From the IMG/VR virus record IMGVR_UViG_2636416161_000001, positions 1 through 19,016 of that record: a stretch of 19,016 nucleotides of DNA. One strand, given 5' to 3'. How positions within the stretch are numbered: position 1 is the first letter of the stretch; every line of letters starts with the position of its first letter. Made by a program: the position numbers and the translations under genes. The notes beneath the pieces were generated by a model. The model saw nothing but the letters and a program-made list of their open reading frames with translations. It was not told the origin of the DNA and made no database searches. Origin of the DNA: a virus. Its lineage: Duplodnaviria > Heunggongvirae > Uroviricota > Caudoviricetes. This document shows, piece by piece, positions 8,485 to 16,324 of this stretch.

Positions 8485-9385
8485 CCGTTCCTCCGTTGGT
8501 TACGCTCCACTGCGTACATGATGCGGCCTGTGTTTTGTTCAGGACCACATCCGCCAGCGGTGAAGCCAGCTCCACACGTTGAACCCCCTCAACATGCAGC
8601 GCGGCAAAAATGGCACTACGGCGAATATCCCGACCAAGCCGCGTCTGACTGGCGATGTACTTCTGCAGGCTGGCTTTTGCCGCTGCCATTACCGGCTCCG
8701 CTTCCGGTCCCGGATAGAGAAAAATGGAGGCTTCCACACGTTACGGGATGATTTCTGCACTGCGAACCGTCAGACGGTCAGCCACCGGGCGGACGTTCTC
8801 ACTGTTCAGGGCTTTTTCCACCACATCCAGCAGGTCTTTTTCTGCTGTTCCGTCGCCTTCGCGGCTAAGGACTGTCAGCACCACCTCTGCAGGTGCCGGA
8901 CTGGTTGCACTGGCATCCGCCACCCGACCGTCGGCGCTTCGGGCATGAAATTCATAAGCTGCAGTTGGCCCCGCAACTGAAAGCCCCTCAAAGGCTGCAG
9001 GCACACGCAGGCGTAACGCTTCATCGCTTTCCATCACAGCTGCAACGGGCGGCACAGCGTCATCATCAGCAGGCGTCACCGTCAGGCGTTTCACGTTGTA
9101 GTTGGCAGCGAGCTGGTCAAGATCGCTGCCCATCGCGTAAGCCACCATCACAGCCTGCGCGGCTTCGTTAATGCGCTGGCGCAGAAGCAACTCACGGTAA
9201 GCGTTCTCCTGCAGCAATTTGGTGACGGGTTCAGATTCCAGTTCCAGCGTGCGGATCACTGCTTCCTGCTCATCTTTCGGATGAAGCGCCACAAATTCGG
9301 CCTTGCGTTCGGCAAGCAGCGTCTCAAAGTCCGGCACATCCACAATCTGCGGCGCAGGCAACTGCGAAAGGTCAATCACTGCCAT
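8477..9385 (-). pseudogene. J: Baseplate protein gpJ interrupted by an in-frame TAA (ochre) at 8743..8741
   Basis: Two ORF-track ORFs, 8741..9424 and 8477..8737, are in the same frame, separated only by TAA plus one codon: ...RLTVRSAEIIP * RVEASIFLYPGPEAEP.... Likely start MAVIDLSQLPAP at 9385 (AGGAG upstream). Joined length is about 302 codons. Confidence 0.7.
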
Positions 9386-9731
9386 TCTCTGCTCCTGTTG
9401 ATACGGAAAGGGAAACAGGCACACCGTTATTACGCCGCCCGGTCAGCTCCACCACCATAGAACCGTCAAAGTTGCTGTTGATGGTGATGGAATCAAGCGT
9501 CAGCCGTGGCTCCCAGCGACTCAGCGCCGCATACACTGCCGACATGACCTGCAGGCGTAATGCCGGATTTTGTGGCTGGTCTATCAGTGCCGACAGCAGG
9601 GAACCATATTCCCGACGGGCAATGCGGCTACCCTGTGGCGTCAGCAGAATGTCCCGCACCGACTGGCGCAGATGGTCAATATCAGTAATGACTTTGCCGC
9701 TGGTATTGTTCATCCCGCTATAAAGCGTCAT
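9372..9731 (-). CDS. W: Baseplate wedge protein gpW (gp25/GPW family)
   Basis: 119 aa ORF MTLYSGMNNTSGKVITDIDHLRQSVRDILLTPQGSRIARREYGS...; ATG 9731 overlaps the V stop. Confidence 0.85.
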   Translation of the reverse strand: MTLYSGMNNTSGKVITDIDHLRQSVRDILLTPQGSRIARREYGSLLSALIDQPQNPALRLQVMSAVYAALSRWEPRLTLDSITINSNFDGSMVVELTGRRNNGVPVSLSVSTGAENGSD

Positions 9732-10306
9732 ACCGGGCCTCCGGTTGTATCGCCGCCTTTCAGGACGCCGGTATGCTGATGCGCATCAACCACGATCCCG
9801 TTAGAACTCATCGCTCCGCCGCCCTGGGTAACGCCACCATTGATCACCACTTCGCTGTTAATGCGCGTGCGGTCAGCCTCCAGTACAAACTCACTGGTTT
9901 TCATGGTGATGTTGTCAGCGGCCTCAATGACCATTGATTTGATGCCCCTGACATACCAGCGCCCGGTGGCGGGTTCGTATTCAAACCAGCCACCGTCAGG
10001 ATGTTCTGTCACGCAGGCGTCCGCCGACGTCGACGGTGGCGCGAACTGATTCGAATAGATGGCGGGTAACGCAAAGGCGGTTTCCAGATTGCCGCCCAGA
10101 CTCAGCAGCACCACCTGCTCACCTTCCGATGGTCGCCACCATGTGCGGGCATTCCCGGCACGCAGCGTCAGCCAGCTGATCCAGTTGGTTTCAAGCTCGC
10201 CCGTTTTCACCCGGCAAAGCCAGTTTTCCCTGTCCACTTCGGTGACTACCCCAGTGCGGATCAGGTTGGTGATAAGGCGCATGATTTCGGTTAATTGTGC
10301 GTTCAT
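9728..10306 (-). CDS. V: Baseplate central spike protein gpV
   Basis: 192 aa ORF MNAQLTEIMRLITNLIRTGVVTEVDRENWLCRVKTGELETNWISWLTLRAGNARTWWRPSEGEQ..., recognised as P2 gpV-like. Confidence 0.85.
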   Translation of the reverse strand: MNAQLTEIMRLITNLIRTGVVTEVDRENWLCRVKTGELETNWISWLTLRAGNARTWWRPSEGEQVVLLSLGGNLETAFALPAIYSNQFAPPSTSADACVTEHPDGGWFEYEPATGRWYVRGIKSMVIEAADNITMKTSEFVLEADRTRINSEVVINGGVTQGGGAMSSNGIVVDAHQHTGVLKGGDTTGGPV

Positions 10307-10352
10307 AGGGAAAGGTTGCCATCAGGGGAAGAAAGGCGGCAGTGCTGCAACT

Positions 10353-10370
10353 TGTATCAGTGCTGATACA
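10353..10370 (-). promoter_or_regulatory. TGT-N12-ACA dyad (perfect 20-bp palindrome TTGTATCAGTGCTGATACAA), candidate late promoter element for the V operon
   Basis: Located in the 68-bp S-V gap; centre is 55.5 bp upstream of the V ATG; no Shine-Dalgarno evident before V. Confidence 0.5.
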
Positions 10371-10374
10371 AAGA

Positions 10375-10821
10375 TCACTCCGCCAGCCATTGCAGAATCA
10401 TGTCGCGGGTCATTGCCTCAACATCATCATTTACACCCAGCAGGCGGCGCTCTGCGTAACGGACCTCCGGTCCTTTGCGACTGACGCGATCACGCAGGCC
10501 GTAATGGTGAACACGGGCAATACGCTGCACCTTGCCTTCAAACTGTACGCTGGCAGAGTCGGCGCTGGCGGCAGTTTTCAGGTATTTTGTGGTGCGCAGC
10601 TTTGCAAACATCTGACGTTTGATGCGGCCTTTTTTACTGCGTGCTGTTACCCGTCGCGGTTCATAGCTGCTGCCGTCAGGGTTGCGCTGCATCCTGATGT
10701 TCTGCTGCTGTGTCCGGCGCAGTTCCTGCGCCAGCTGGCGCATCATGCGACTTCTGGCGGCTGGCTCCAGATTCGCCAGCAAGGCACTCAGCCAGTCGTC
10801 CACTTTCTGCAGTTCAGCCAC
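10375..10821 (-). CDS. S: Tail completion / virion morphogenesis protein gpS
   Basis: 148 aa ORF ...RNPDGSSYEPRRVTARSKKGRIKRQMFAKLRT...; start codon at 10821 is GTG, overlapping the R stop. Confidence 0.8.
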   Translation of the reverse strand: MAELQKVDDWLSALLANLEPAARSRMMRQLAQELRRTQQQNIRMQRNPDGSSYEPRRVTARSKKGRIKRQMFAKLRTTKYLKTAASADSASVQFEGKVQRIARVHHYGLRDRVSRKGPEVRYAERRLLGVNDDVEAMTRDMILQWLAE

Positions 10822-11245
10822 GTTTCACCGTCCACATTTCTTCAGGTTCATCAGGTTCCGCTACAGCTTCAACGCTCGACACACTGCCGTCAGTGCTGAC
10901 CAGCACACGCTCCGTCAGTTGCAGGTTCAGGCTGATATCACAGACATCGTTGCGCAGAATATCCACCTCAAAGGTGAATAGTTTTTCCCGTAACGCCGGG
11001 TTATTGATGGCATCGGGCTGGTTATCCCTCAGCCACAGCAAAACCGGGGCCATCAGCAGATTCTGGTCGCCGCTGAAATCCTCAATCACCGCATTCAGGG
11101 TGTAACGGTACTCCCACGACATGGAGCTGGCCCCCGTGGCAACCAGCGAACCGTTATCCACAAACAGATGCAGTTTGTCCGGGTTATTGCGGACATAAGG
11201 CACCGCTTTATTGAGGGCGTGGCGCAGGGATTGTGGTTTGTTCAC
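10814..11245 (-). CDS. R: Tail completion protein gpR
   Basis: ...LHLFVDNGSLVATGASSMSWEYRYTLNAVIEDFSGDQNLLMAPVLLWLRDNQPD...; the ORF-track start 11266 is TTG. Preferred start is GTG at 11245 (VNKPQSLRHAL), preceded by AGGAG at -8. Confidence 0.75.
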   Translation of the reverse strand: MNKPQSLRHALNKAVPYVRNNPDKLHLFVDNGSLVATGASSMSWEYRYTLNAVIEDFSGDQNLLMAPVLLWLRDNQPDAINNPALREKLFTFEVDILRNDVCDISLNLQLTERVLVSTDGSVSSVEAVAEPDEPEEMWTVKRG

Positions 11246-11498
11246 TGTTTCGCTCCTGACACGCAATAATCATGTCCACTTTGTCTGCACAGACCGCCCA
11301 GGCGGCCTCCGTTTCATCCAGCAACGCGTCCAGATCACCGTTAGTGCGCGGCGTTGCCTGCTCCAGCCGACACGGCGTCACTCGCGGACAACCACTGACG
11401 GTAAGCTGCACCTCCGGTGAGTGTCGGACGTTCCCGCAGCCGGATAATGTCAGCAGGCAAAGGAGTATCAGCCCAGCGGCGTAAATCCTCGTTCTCAC
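11208..11498 (-). CDS. Rz1-like outer-membrane lipoprotein o-spanin (LysC-like), embedded out of frame in lysB and running into R
   Basis: MRTRIYAAGLILLCLLTLSGC... has a lipobox LSGC and a Pro-rich mature part. GTG start at 11498 preceded by GAGGAG. Overlaps lysB (11341..11769) in another frame. Confidence 0.65.
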   Translation of the reverse strand: MRTRIYAAGLILLCLLTLSGCGNVRHSPEVQLTVSGCPRVTPCRLEQATPRTNGDLDALLDETEAAWAVCADKVDMIIACQERNSEQTTIPAPRPQ

Positions 11499-11769
11499 GT
11501 TTCAGCTCCTCGATCCGGTGTTGTCGTTGTCTCAGCAGCGCGCTGGTCTGTTCTGCTTCGGCATAGAGCCGCGCCTGCTCCCGGTTATTTGTTTCAGTCA
11601 GAATGGACAGGCTAATAAGCTGGCTGTTGCTCTTTGCCAGTGCCTGGCTTTTGCTCTGCAGCTCGTCTGACTGCGTGCTGATGGTCTGGCTGGCATCAGC
11701 CAGCCGCCACGTCTGCCAGCCCAGCGCCGCCAGTAATAACGCCAGCACAACCAGCAGCAACCGGTTCAT
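11341..11769 (-). CDS. Rz-like i-spanin (LysB-like)
   Basis: N-terminal TM segment MNRLLLVVLALLLAALGW, then a coiled-coil-type charged region (...QRQHRIEELKRENEDLRRW...); ATG 11769 overlaps the lysA stop. Confidence 0.75.
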   Translation of the reverse strand: MNRLLLVVLALLLAALGWQTWRLADASQTISTQSDELQSKSQALAKSNSQLISLSILTETNNREQARLYAEAEQTSALLRQRQHRIEELKRENEDLRRWADTPLPADIIRLRERPTLTGGAAYRQWLSASDAVSAGAGNAAH

Positions 11770-12143
11770 GCTGCTACCTGTTGCGCCATCTGATTACGGG
11801 TGATCCAGAAGGCAATAACGGTCAGCAGATAAAAGACCAGGGTAATAGCCCACCCCGTCCAGGCGAGACTTACGACAACCAGCAATCGCATCACCCAACT
11901 GATAAATACGTTTTCTTTTCGGGTAATTGTCTTCAGCAAAGATGCCCTTAACTCCTGCCAGAGCGGGCTATTCTTAATTAACGCAGCCAGTGCTACCGGA
12001 ATTACCGCCCATGTCAGCAAACAGGCTACCCAAACGCCGGACGCTGCCAGTACCGGAAAAATCCCCTGCGGATACACCATTGCTGCGATTAACAACGCCA
12101 TCCATAACATCAGAAACAGTCCGCTGATTAATTTCTTTTTCAT
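11766..12143 (-). CDS. LysA-like polytopic membrane protein (lysis timing; function inferred)
   Basis: MKKKLISGLFLMLWMALLIAAMVYP... with about 4 hydrophobic segments. ATG at 12143 is 1 nt after the endolysin stop and preceded by GGGAG; the ORF-track start at 12215 is an upstream extension into the endolysin. Confidence 0.6.
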   Translation of the reverse strand: MKKKLISGLFLMLWMALLIAAMVYPQGIFPVLAASGVWVACLLTWAVIPVALAALIKNSPLWQELRASLLKTITRKENVFISWVMRLLVVVSLAWTGWAITLVFYLLTVIAFWITRNQMAQQVAA

Positions 12144-12144
12144 T

Positions 12145-12657
12145 TCAGTTTGCTCCCTGTAAACACCAGGCCATCTCCCGCGCACGGCGGTTATCCAGCC
12201 CCTGATTAAACACACCTTTTACATAAACCCAGCGCGGCAACTGTCGGCACGCATCCGCCCAGCGCCGCTGATTGAGCAATTTCACCAGCGTGGAGCTGCA
12301 GGCATTGCCTGTCCCCACGTTGAAGGCAAACGACACCACCGAGTCATACACCTTTTGTGGCGGCTGTTGCTTCACACATCTTTCCAGCGCCCGCTCCACA
12401 CGCAGCACGTTGGAGATAAGCCCTTCTGCTGCCTGTCGTTCCGTAATGGTTTTGCCGGGAATGACGCCCGACGTATTACCAATGCCGTCAGTCCATACAC
12501 CCGCGCTGCACTGATACGGCTGCAGACGACAGCCTTCGTAATCGGCAATCAGTTTCAGTCCTTCCACGGAGGTGTGAAGCTGCTGAAAACCCGGCAGCGT
12601 GGCAGCAATAGCCAGCACGGTCCCGACAAGGCAGCGTTTAACGATTGATGGATTCAT
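12145..12657 (-). CDS. SAR (signal-anchor-release) endolysin, T4-lysozyme-like
   Basis: N-terminal weakly hydrophobic Gly/Ala-rich segment KRCLVGTVLAIAATLPG, then a lysozyme catalytic region (VEGLKLIADYEGCRLQPYQ...GVWTDGIGNT) resembling the phage 21 R / P1 Lyz type. Confidence 0.8.
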   Translation of the reverse strand: MNPSIVKRCLVGTVLAIAATLPGFQQLHTSVEGLKLIADYEGCRLQPYQCSAGVWTDGIGNTSGVIPGKTITERQAAEGLISNVLRVERALERCVKQQPPQKVYDSVVSFAFNVGTGNACSSTLVKLLNQRRWADACRQLPRWVYVKGVFNQGLDNRRAREMAWCLQGAN

Positions 12658-12853
12658 AGTCCTCCCGCGTGATCTGCCCGTCGCGCAGAAGCTGGTAGGC
12701 TTTGTGTTTGTAGTACCAGTTGATAGCCAGCATCAGCACACCGATCATCAGGCCGCCCAGCGTTGAGGCATCCTTGATGGACAAATCGCCCAGCCAGGCC
12801 AGCACGACGGCGATGCAATACGTGATAAAGGCGCTGATTCGCTCAAGCGTCAT
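12638..12853 (-). CDS. Small two-TMD holin (pinholin-like)
   Basis: 71 aa with two hydrophobic segments (ISAFITYCIAVVLAWLG; LGGLMIGVLMLAINWYY) and a charged C-terminus. Overlaps the endolysin start by 20 nt and sits directly upstream of a SAR endolysin. Confidence 0.7.
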   Translation of the reverse strand: MTLERISAFITYCIAVVLAWLGDLSIKDASTLGGLMIGVLMLAINWYYKHKAYQLLRDGQITREDYESINR

Positions 12854-12856
12854 AAT

Positions 12857-13060
12857 TCAGTCCCATAGCTGGACGGTCTGCACGGTGGTGGTTGTCGGAA
12901 TGTCCGGCAGCTCCACCTGCAGCCCGTGAGGTAAAAAGGGGCCATATTCGGCAAGCCCCGGATTTGCCTTCAGTACCTGCTCCGTGACACCCTGCGTGCG
13001 CCCGTAATGACGCCAGCAAAGCGCGTCCACCGTGTCATACTGATGCGCACGCACTTTCAT
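12857..13060 (-). CDS. X: Tail protein gpX
   Basis: 67 aa ORF MKVRAHQYDTVDALCWRHYGRTQGVTEQVLKANPGLAEYGPFLPHGLQVELPDI... recognised as P2 gpX-like; ATGA overlap with L. Confidence 0.8.
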   Translation of the reverse strand: MKVRAHQYDTVDALCWRHYGRTQGVTEQVLKANPGLAEYGPFLPHGLQVELPDIPTTTTVQTVQLWD

Positions 13061-13524
13061 CAGATAAGCTCCACTGTGCAGTGCGGCGCGTCCTGTACCC
13101 GGCTGATGGCCCAGCGGGCGTCACGCCATAAATCACCGCTGGCTTCCGCCAGTTCCTCGCCCCGCTTCACACCGGATGCCGTGGCGTCATAGTCCTGGTA
13201 ACGTTCGTTGAGCATGGCGCGTGCCCAGCAGTAAACCGCGTTGAAATAGTGCTGAATGCGCTCACTTTTGCCGTCCAGCTGTTCCGCCGGAACCTCTGCC
13301 AGCGAGGCATACCCCAGCATCTGCTGGCGTCTGCGAAACTCATACAGCTCTGCGTTGACCTCCGAAATTGCCGACAGCGCAACCTGCTTTAAACGCGGCT
13401 GCGTCACCGTGCCGTCAGTGCGCATGACACTGCGAAACTCCGACAGGTCCACATCAGGCCAGAACGGCGTATTTCTGATGATTTCCGCCTGTTCCGGTGC
13501 CTGTTCTGGCGCAACAAACTTCAT
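13060..13524 (-). CDS. L: Head completion / stabilisation protein gpL
   Basis: ...FWPDVDLSEFRSVMRTDGTVTQPRLKQVALSAISEVNAELYEFRRRQ...; preferred start ATG 13524 (MKFVAPEQ...) with AGGAGA at -8. The ORF-track start at 13587 is GTG, giving 175 aa. Confidence 0.8.
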   Translation of the reverse strand: MKFVAPEQAPEQAEIIRNTPFWPDVDLSEFRSVMRTDGTVTQPRLKQVALSAISEVNAELYEFRRRQQMLGYASLAEVPAEQLDGKSERIQHYFNAVYCWARAMLNERYQDYDATASGVKRGEELAEASGDLWRDARWAISRVQDAPHCTVELI

Positions 13525-13619
13525 GCTGCTTTCTCCTGAAATAGAGGGCGGTGGACGGGGTTTTGATGTGGCAGTGCCTTTCGCCACCCCGTGCCGCCCG
13601 TGCGCGGGGGCACGTTCTG

Positions 13620-14270
13620 TCAGCGGCTGTCATTGCGCAGTCTGCGCTCCAGCTGCTGTTTGTCTTTTTTCACGCCACAGCGGGGATCGAGCTGTAACGC
13701 ATGGTTGAGATGATTAAGGGCAGACGCCGGATTGCTTTCACTCAGGACCGCGCCAATCGCTTTATGCAGACGCGCCCGTGACTGGTCCGGCATATCCAGA
13801 CCGTCTGTCAGCTCCAGCGTCTGCAGCAACAGATCGGCATCAAAGCCGGTGGTGGCAAGCATTGCGCTCTGCGCGGCGTCTGCCATTTCCTCTGCCAGCA
13901 CGGTCTGCACGTTGCGGTTACCCAGCGGCATCACCCAGCCATGACGCAGGGCATGACGCCCGATCTCCAGCGCTCCGGCATAATCTCCGGCATCAATGCG
14001 CCACAGCATCACGTACATCAGCACGTCATCCTGTTGAGCGCCTCCGGCAGCCAGGACACCCTCTGCCCAGGCGGCGTACTTCGGCAGCAGCTCCACCTTG
14101 ATTTCCGCTTTTTTGACCGTGGACTGAACGCCCTTGAGACGGCGGCGGTCTTCCGCCAGTTGCAGCAGCATCAGGTCATAGCCCGATGCGTGGCGAACAC
14201 TGCCGCCCTCGCGGGCGGCCTGTTCAGCCTGAACGCGCAGGCGATGCTGCCGTGCGGGACTCAGGCTCAT
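13620..14270 (-). CDS. M: Terminase small (endonuclease) subunit gpM
   Basis: 216 aa ORF MSLSPARQHRLRVQAEQAAREGGSVRHASGYDLMLLQLAEDRRRLK...GAQQDDVLMYVMLWRIDAGDYAGALEIGRHAL... recognised as P2 gpM-like. Confidence 0.85.
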   Translation of the reverse strand: MSLSPARQHRLRVQAEQAAREGGSVRHASGYDLMLLQLAEDRRRLKGVQSTVKKAEIKVELLPKYAAWAEGVLAAGGAQQDDVLMYVMLWRIDAGDYAGALEIGRHALRHGWVMPLGNRNVQTVLAEEMADAAQSAMLATTGFDADLLLQTLELTDGLDMPDQSRARLHKAIGAVLSESNPASALNHLNHALQLDPRCGVKKDKQQLERRLRNDSR

Positions 14271-14273
14271 GGA

Positions 14274-15332
14274 TTACGCTCCGGTTTCGGCTGCGGCGGC
14301 GCTGAAATCACCAATCTGGATGTTTTCCACCAGTGCGGCGCAGCGGTAGTCCTCAACCACATAGGCTTCGTTAACGGATTCAAAGTTTTCAATCCGGTCA
14401 CGTTTCGGGTTGTCGATAACTGAACGGCGGCGGGTGTCTTCCTGCCAGTAGATGGACAGGTTATCCAGACGGGTGATCAGCAGCGCATTCGGCGGGAAGA
14501 ACGGCGCACGCACGGCCTGCAGACCGCCCATGCGTTTCTGACTGATAATCATATCGGCAGCCAGTTTTTCACTGTTTTCCTGCTCTTTGTTGACCAGCGG
14601 GAAATACTTGTCAGACAGCAGTTCACGCCCGCAAATCACCACCAGATCGTCATCGTCCTGGTAGACCACGTCGATAAGCTCATTAACGGCATCCATCACC
14701 ACGGCGTCCAGGTTGGCATATTCGCCACCTTTACCGACTTTCACCGCGCCCGGTGTGGTTTCACCGCCCGTGGTGGTGCTGCCCATGACGTGATCCGGTG
14801 CATCCTCACGGATTTTCTGTAACCAGCCTTTGTTCACATCCTGCAGCAGCGGGTTTTCGCTACGGTTGGAGGTTTTCGCACGCTTCACGCCGTTAAAGCC
14901 GATCATGATGCGGTCCAGTGCCTGACGTTTCACGATGGCGTCACGGATACGCACCTGGAAATCCTGAAACTTCGCCCACAGGTCCAGCTTCGCGTAGGTC
15001 AGCACCGTGTCAAAGTTAGTCTGCTCGCATTTATATTCCACATCGACCATCAGCGTCGGATCGACAGGCTCACGCTCTTTAGCTGTGGTATCAGTGGTTC
15101 CGGCAATGGTGCTGCCAACACCCAACCCCAGCAGCTGACCGGACTGCTCAGTCACTGGCGTGACGTTAATCAGCGTCAGGAATGCGGCGGACTGCTGGAT
15201 CTGATCTTCCAGCGTCTGCTGCACAGACGGCTCTACAGTGAACTTGCTGGACAGTTCTTCAACGGCCACACCGTTCAGACGCGCCAGCTGCTGCAGGTAA
15301 GCGTTAAAAGCAAAGCGGGTATTCTTCTTCAT
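14274..15332 (-). CDS. N: Major capsid protein gpN
   Basis: 352 aa ORF MKKNTRFAFNAYLQQLARLNGVAVEELSSKFTVEPSVQQTLEDQIQQSAAFLTLINV... recognised as P2 gpN-like. Confidence 0.9.
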   Translation of the reverse strand: MKKNTRFAFNAYLQQLARLNGVAVEELSSKFTVEPSVQQTLEDQIQQSAAFLTLINVTPVTEQSGQLLGLGVGSTIAGTTDTTAKEREPVDPTLMVDVEYKCEQTNFDTVLTYAKLDLWAKFQDFQVRIRDAIVKRQALDRIMIGFNGVKRAKTSNRSENPLLQDVNKGWLQKIREDAPDHVMGSTTTGGETTPGAVKVGKGGEYANLDAVVMDAVNELIDVVYQDDDDLVVICGRELLSDKYFPLVNKEQENSEKLAADMIISQKRMGGLQAVRAPFFPPNALLITRLDNLSIYWQEDTRRRSVIDNPKRDRIENFESVNEAYVVEDYRCAALVENIQIGDFSAAAAETGA

Positions 15333-15348
15333 CGGGTTTTGTGCTCCA

Positions 15349-16182
15349 TCAGCAATTGGTCAGAGTGTCAGCGGGGGCGTTACCGCCTGTTGCACGCTGG
15401 CGGTAGTCCTGGCGGCTGTCTTCATGACTCAGCTTATTCACCAGTTCGTTAAAGGCGGTCTGCTGTGCCTGCAGGGCAGTCTCCAGCTCAGACAGACGTT
15501 CTTCCTGCTCAGACAGGGATTTTTCGGTGCGTACGCTCAGGTTTTGCTGCTCAGTGGCGACCAACTCCACGGCCTTATGCACATCAGAGAACCGGGCATC
15601 GTCGGACTGCTCTTTTTTGGTGAACAGTGCCGTGACGCGGGCAAACAGGGACGGCTTGTCCTCCTGGATTTCTTCCAGTTCGATCACCGTTTCCTCTGCG
15701 GCGGTAAAGAGATTGGCGGGATTCTGCTTGCGGTTTGCCAGCGGGTTATGGGCTGCACTGGCGCTGAATGTCAGCATTTCAGTGCCCAGACTGGCAGGAT
15801 CATCAGTGGCAGCCAGGCCGACCAGGTAGGCTTTGCCCGTATCAGCAAACTTCGGGCTGACTTCCATAGAGGTGAATAATTTCTGGCCTTTTTTCACCAG
15901 TTCCACCAGGGATTCCGTTGGCTCAACGTCGGCATACAGCGCCATCTTGCCTGCCAACGGACCTTCTGTGATTTCTTCAGCAAACAGCGCCGTCACCTTG
16001 CCGTAGCGGTTAAAGGTGCTGTCCGGCAGATAAGACTTGATGTGCTCAAGGTTAATCAGCGCGGTATACACCGCCGGGTTGTAGCTGGCTGCCATCTGTT
16101 CCAGCCATTCACGCTGGATTTCGCGTCCGTCGGTGGTGGCACCTTCCACCCCGATGCGAAAACGCTTTGCTTTCACTGTCAT
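15349..16182 (-). CDS. O: Capsid scaffolding protein gpO
   Basis: 277 aa ORF MTVKAKRFRIGVEGATTDGREIQREWLEQMAASYNPAVYTALINLEHIK... recognised as P2 gpO-like; GGAG precedes the ATG. Confidence 0.9.
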   Translation of the reverse strand: MTVKAKRFRIGVEGATTDGREIQREWLEQMAASYNPAVYTALINLEHIKSYLPDSTFNRYGKVTALFAEEITEGPLAGKMALYADVEPTESLVELVKKGQKLFTSMEVSPKFADTGKAYLVGLAATDDPASLGTEMLTFSASAAHNPLANRKQNPANLFTAAEETVIELEEIQEDKPSLFARVTALFTKKEQSDDARFSDVHKAVELVATEQQNLSVRTEKSLSEQEERLSELETALQAQQTAFNELVNKLSHEDSRQDYRQRATGGNAPADTLTNC

Positions 16183-16260
16183 GAGCCGTGCTCCGTTAGA
16201 AAAAACTTACTGGAGCCTTATGGTTGCGGTGATGGGGGCAGTGAAACAATGCGCGGTATT

Positions 16261-16278
16261 TGTACCGACAACCACACA
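16261..16278. promoter_or_regulatory. TGT-N12-ACA dyad in the divergent O/P intergenic region (candidate late promoter element for O, P or both)
   Basis: tgt accgacaaccac aca; centre is 87.5 bp from the O ATG and 55.5 bp from the P ATG. It is the only perfect dyad in the 142-bp gap. Confidence 0.5.
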
Positions 16279-16324
16279 AACCGCAGGCGGGGAAAGCCTT
16301 CATTCAAGGCTGTAGGTTTGTGCC

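Noticed and set aside
10352-10371. Perfect 20-bp palindrome read as a possible intrinsic terminator after S
   Set aside because: The loop would be too short and there is no downstream U tract. It matches the TGT-N12-ACA late-activator dyad, so it is called as a promoter element instead.
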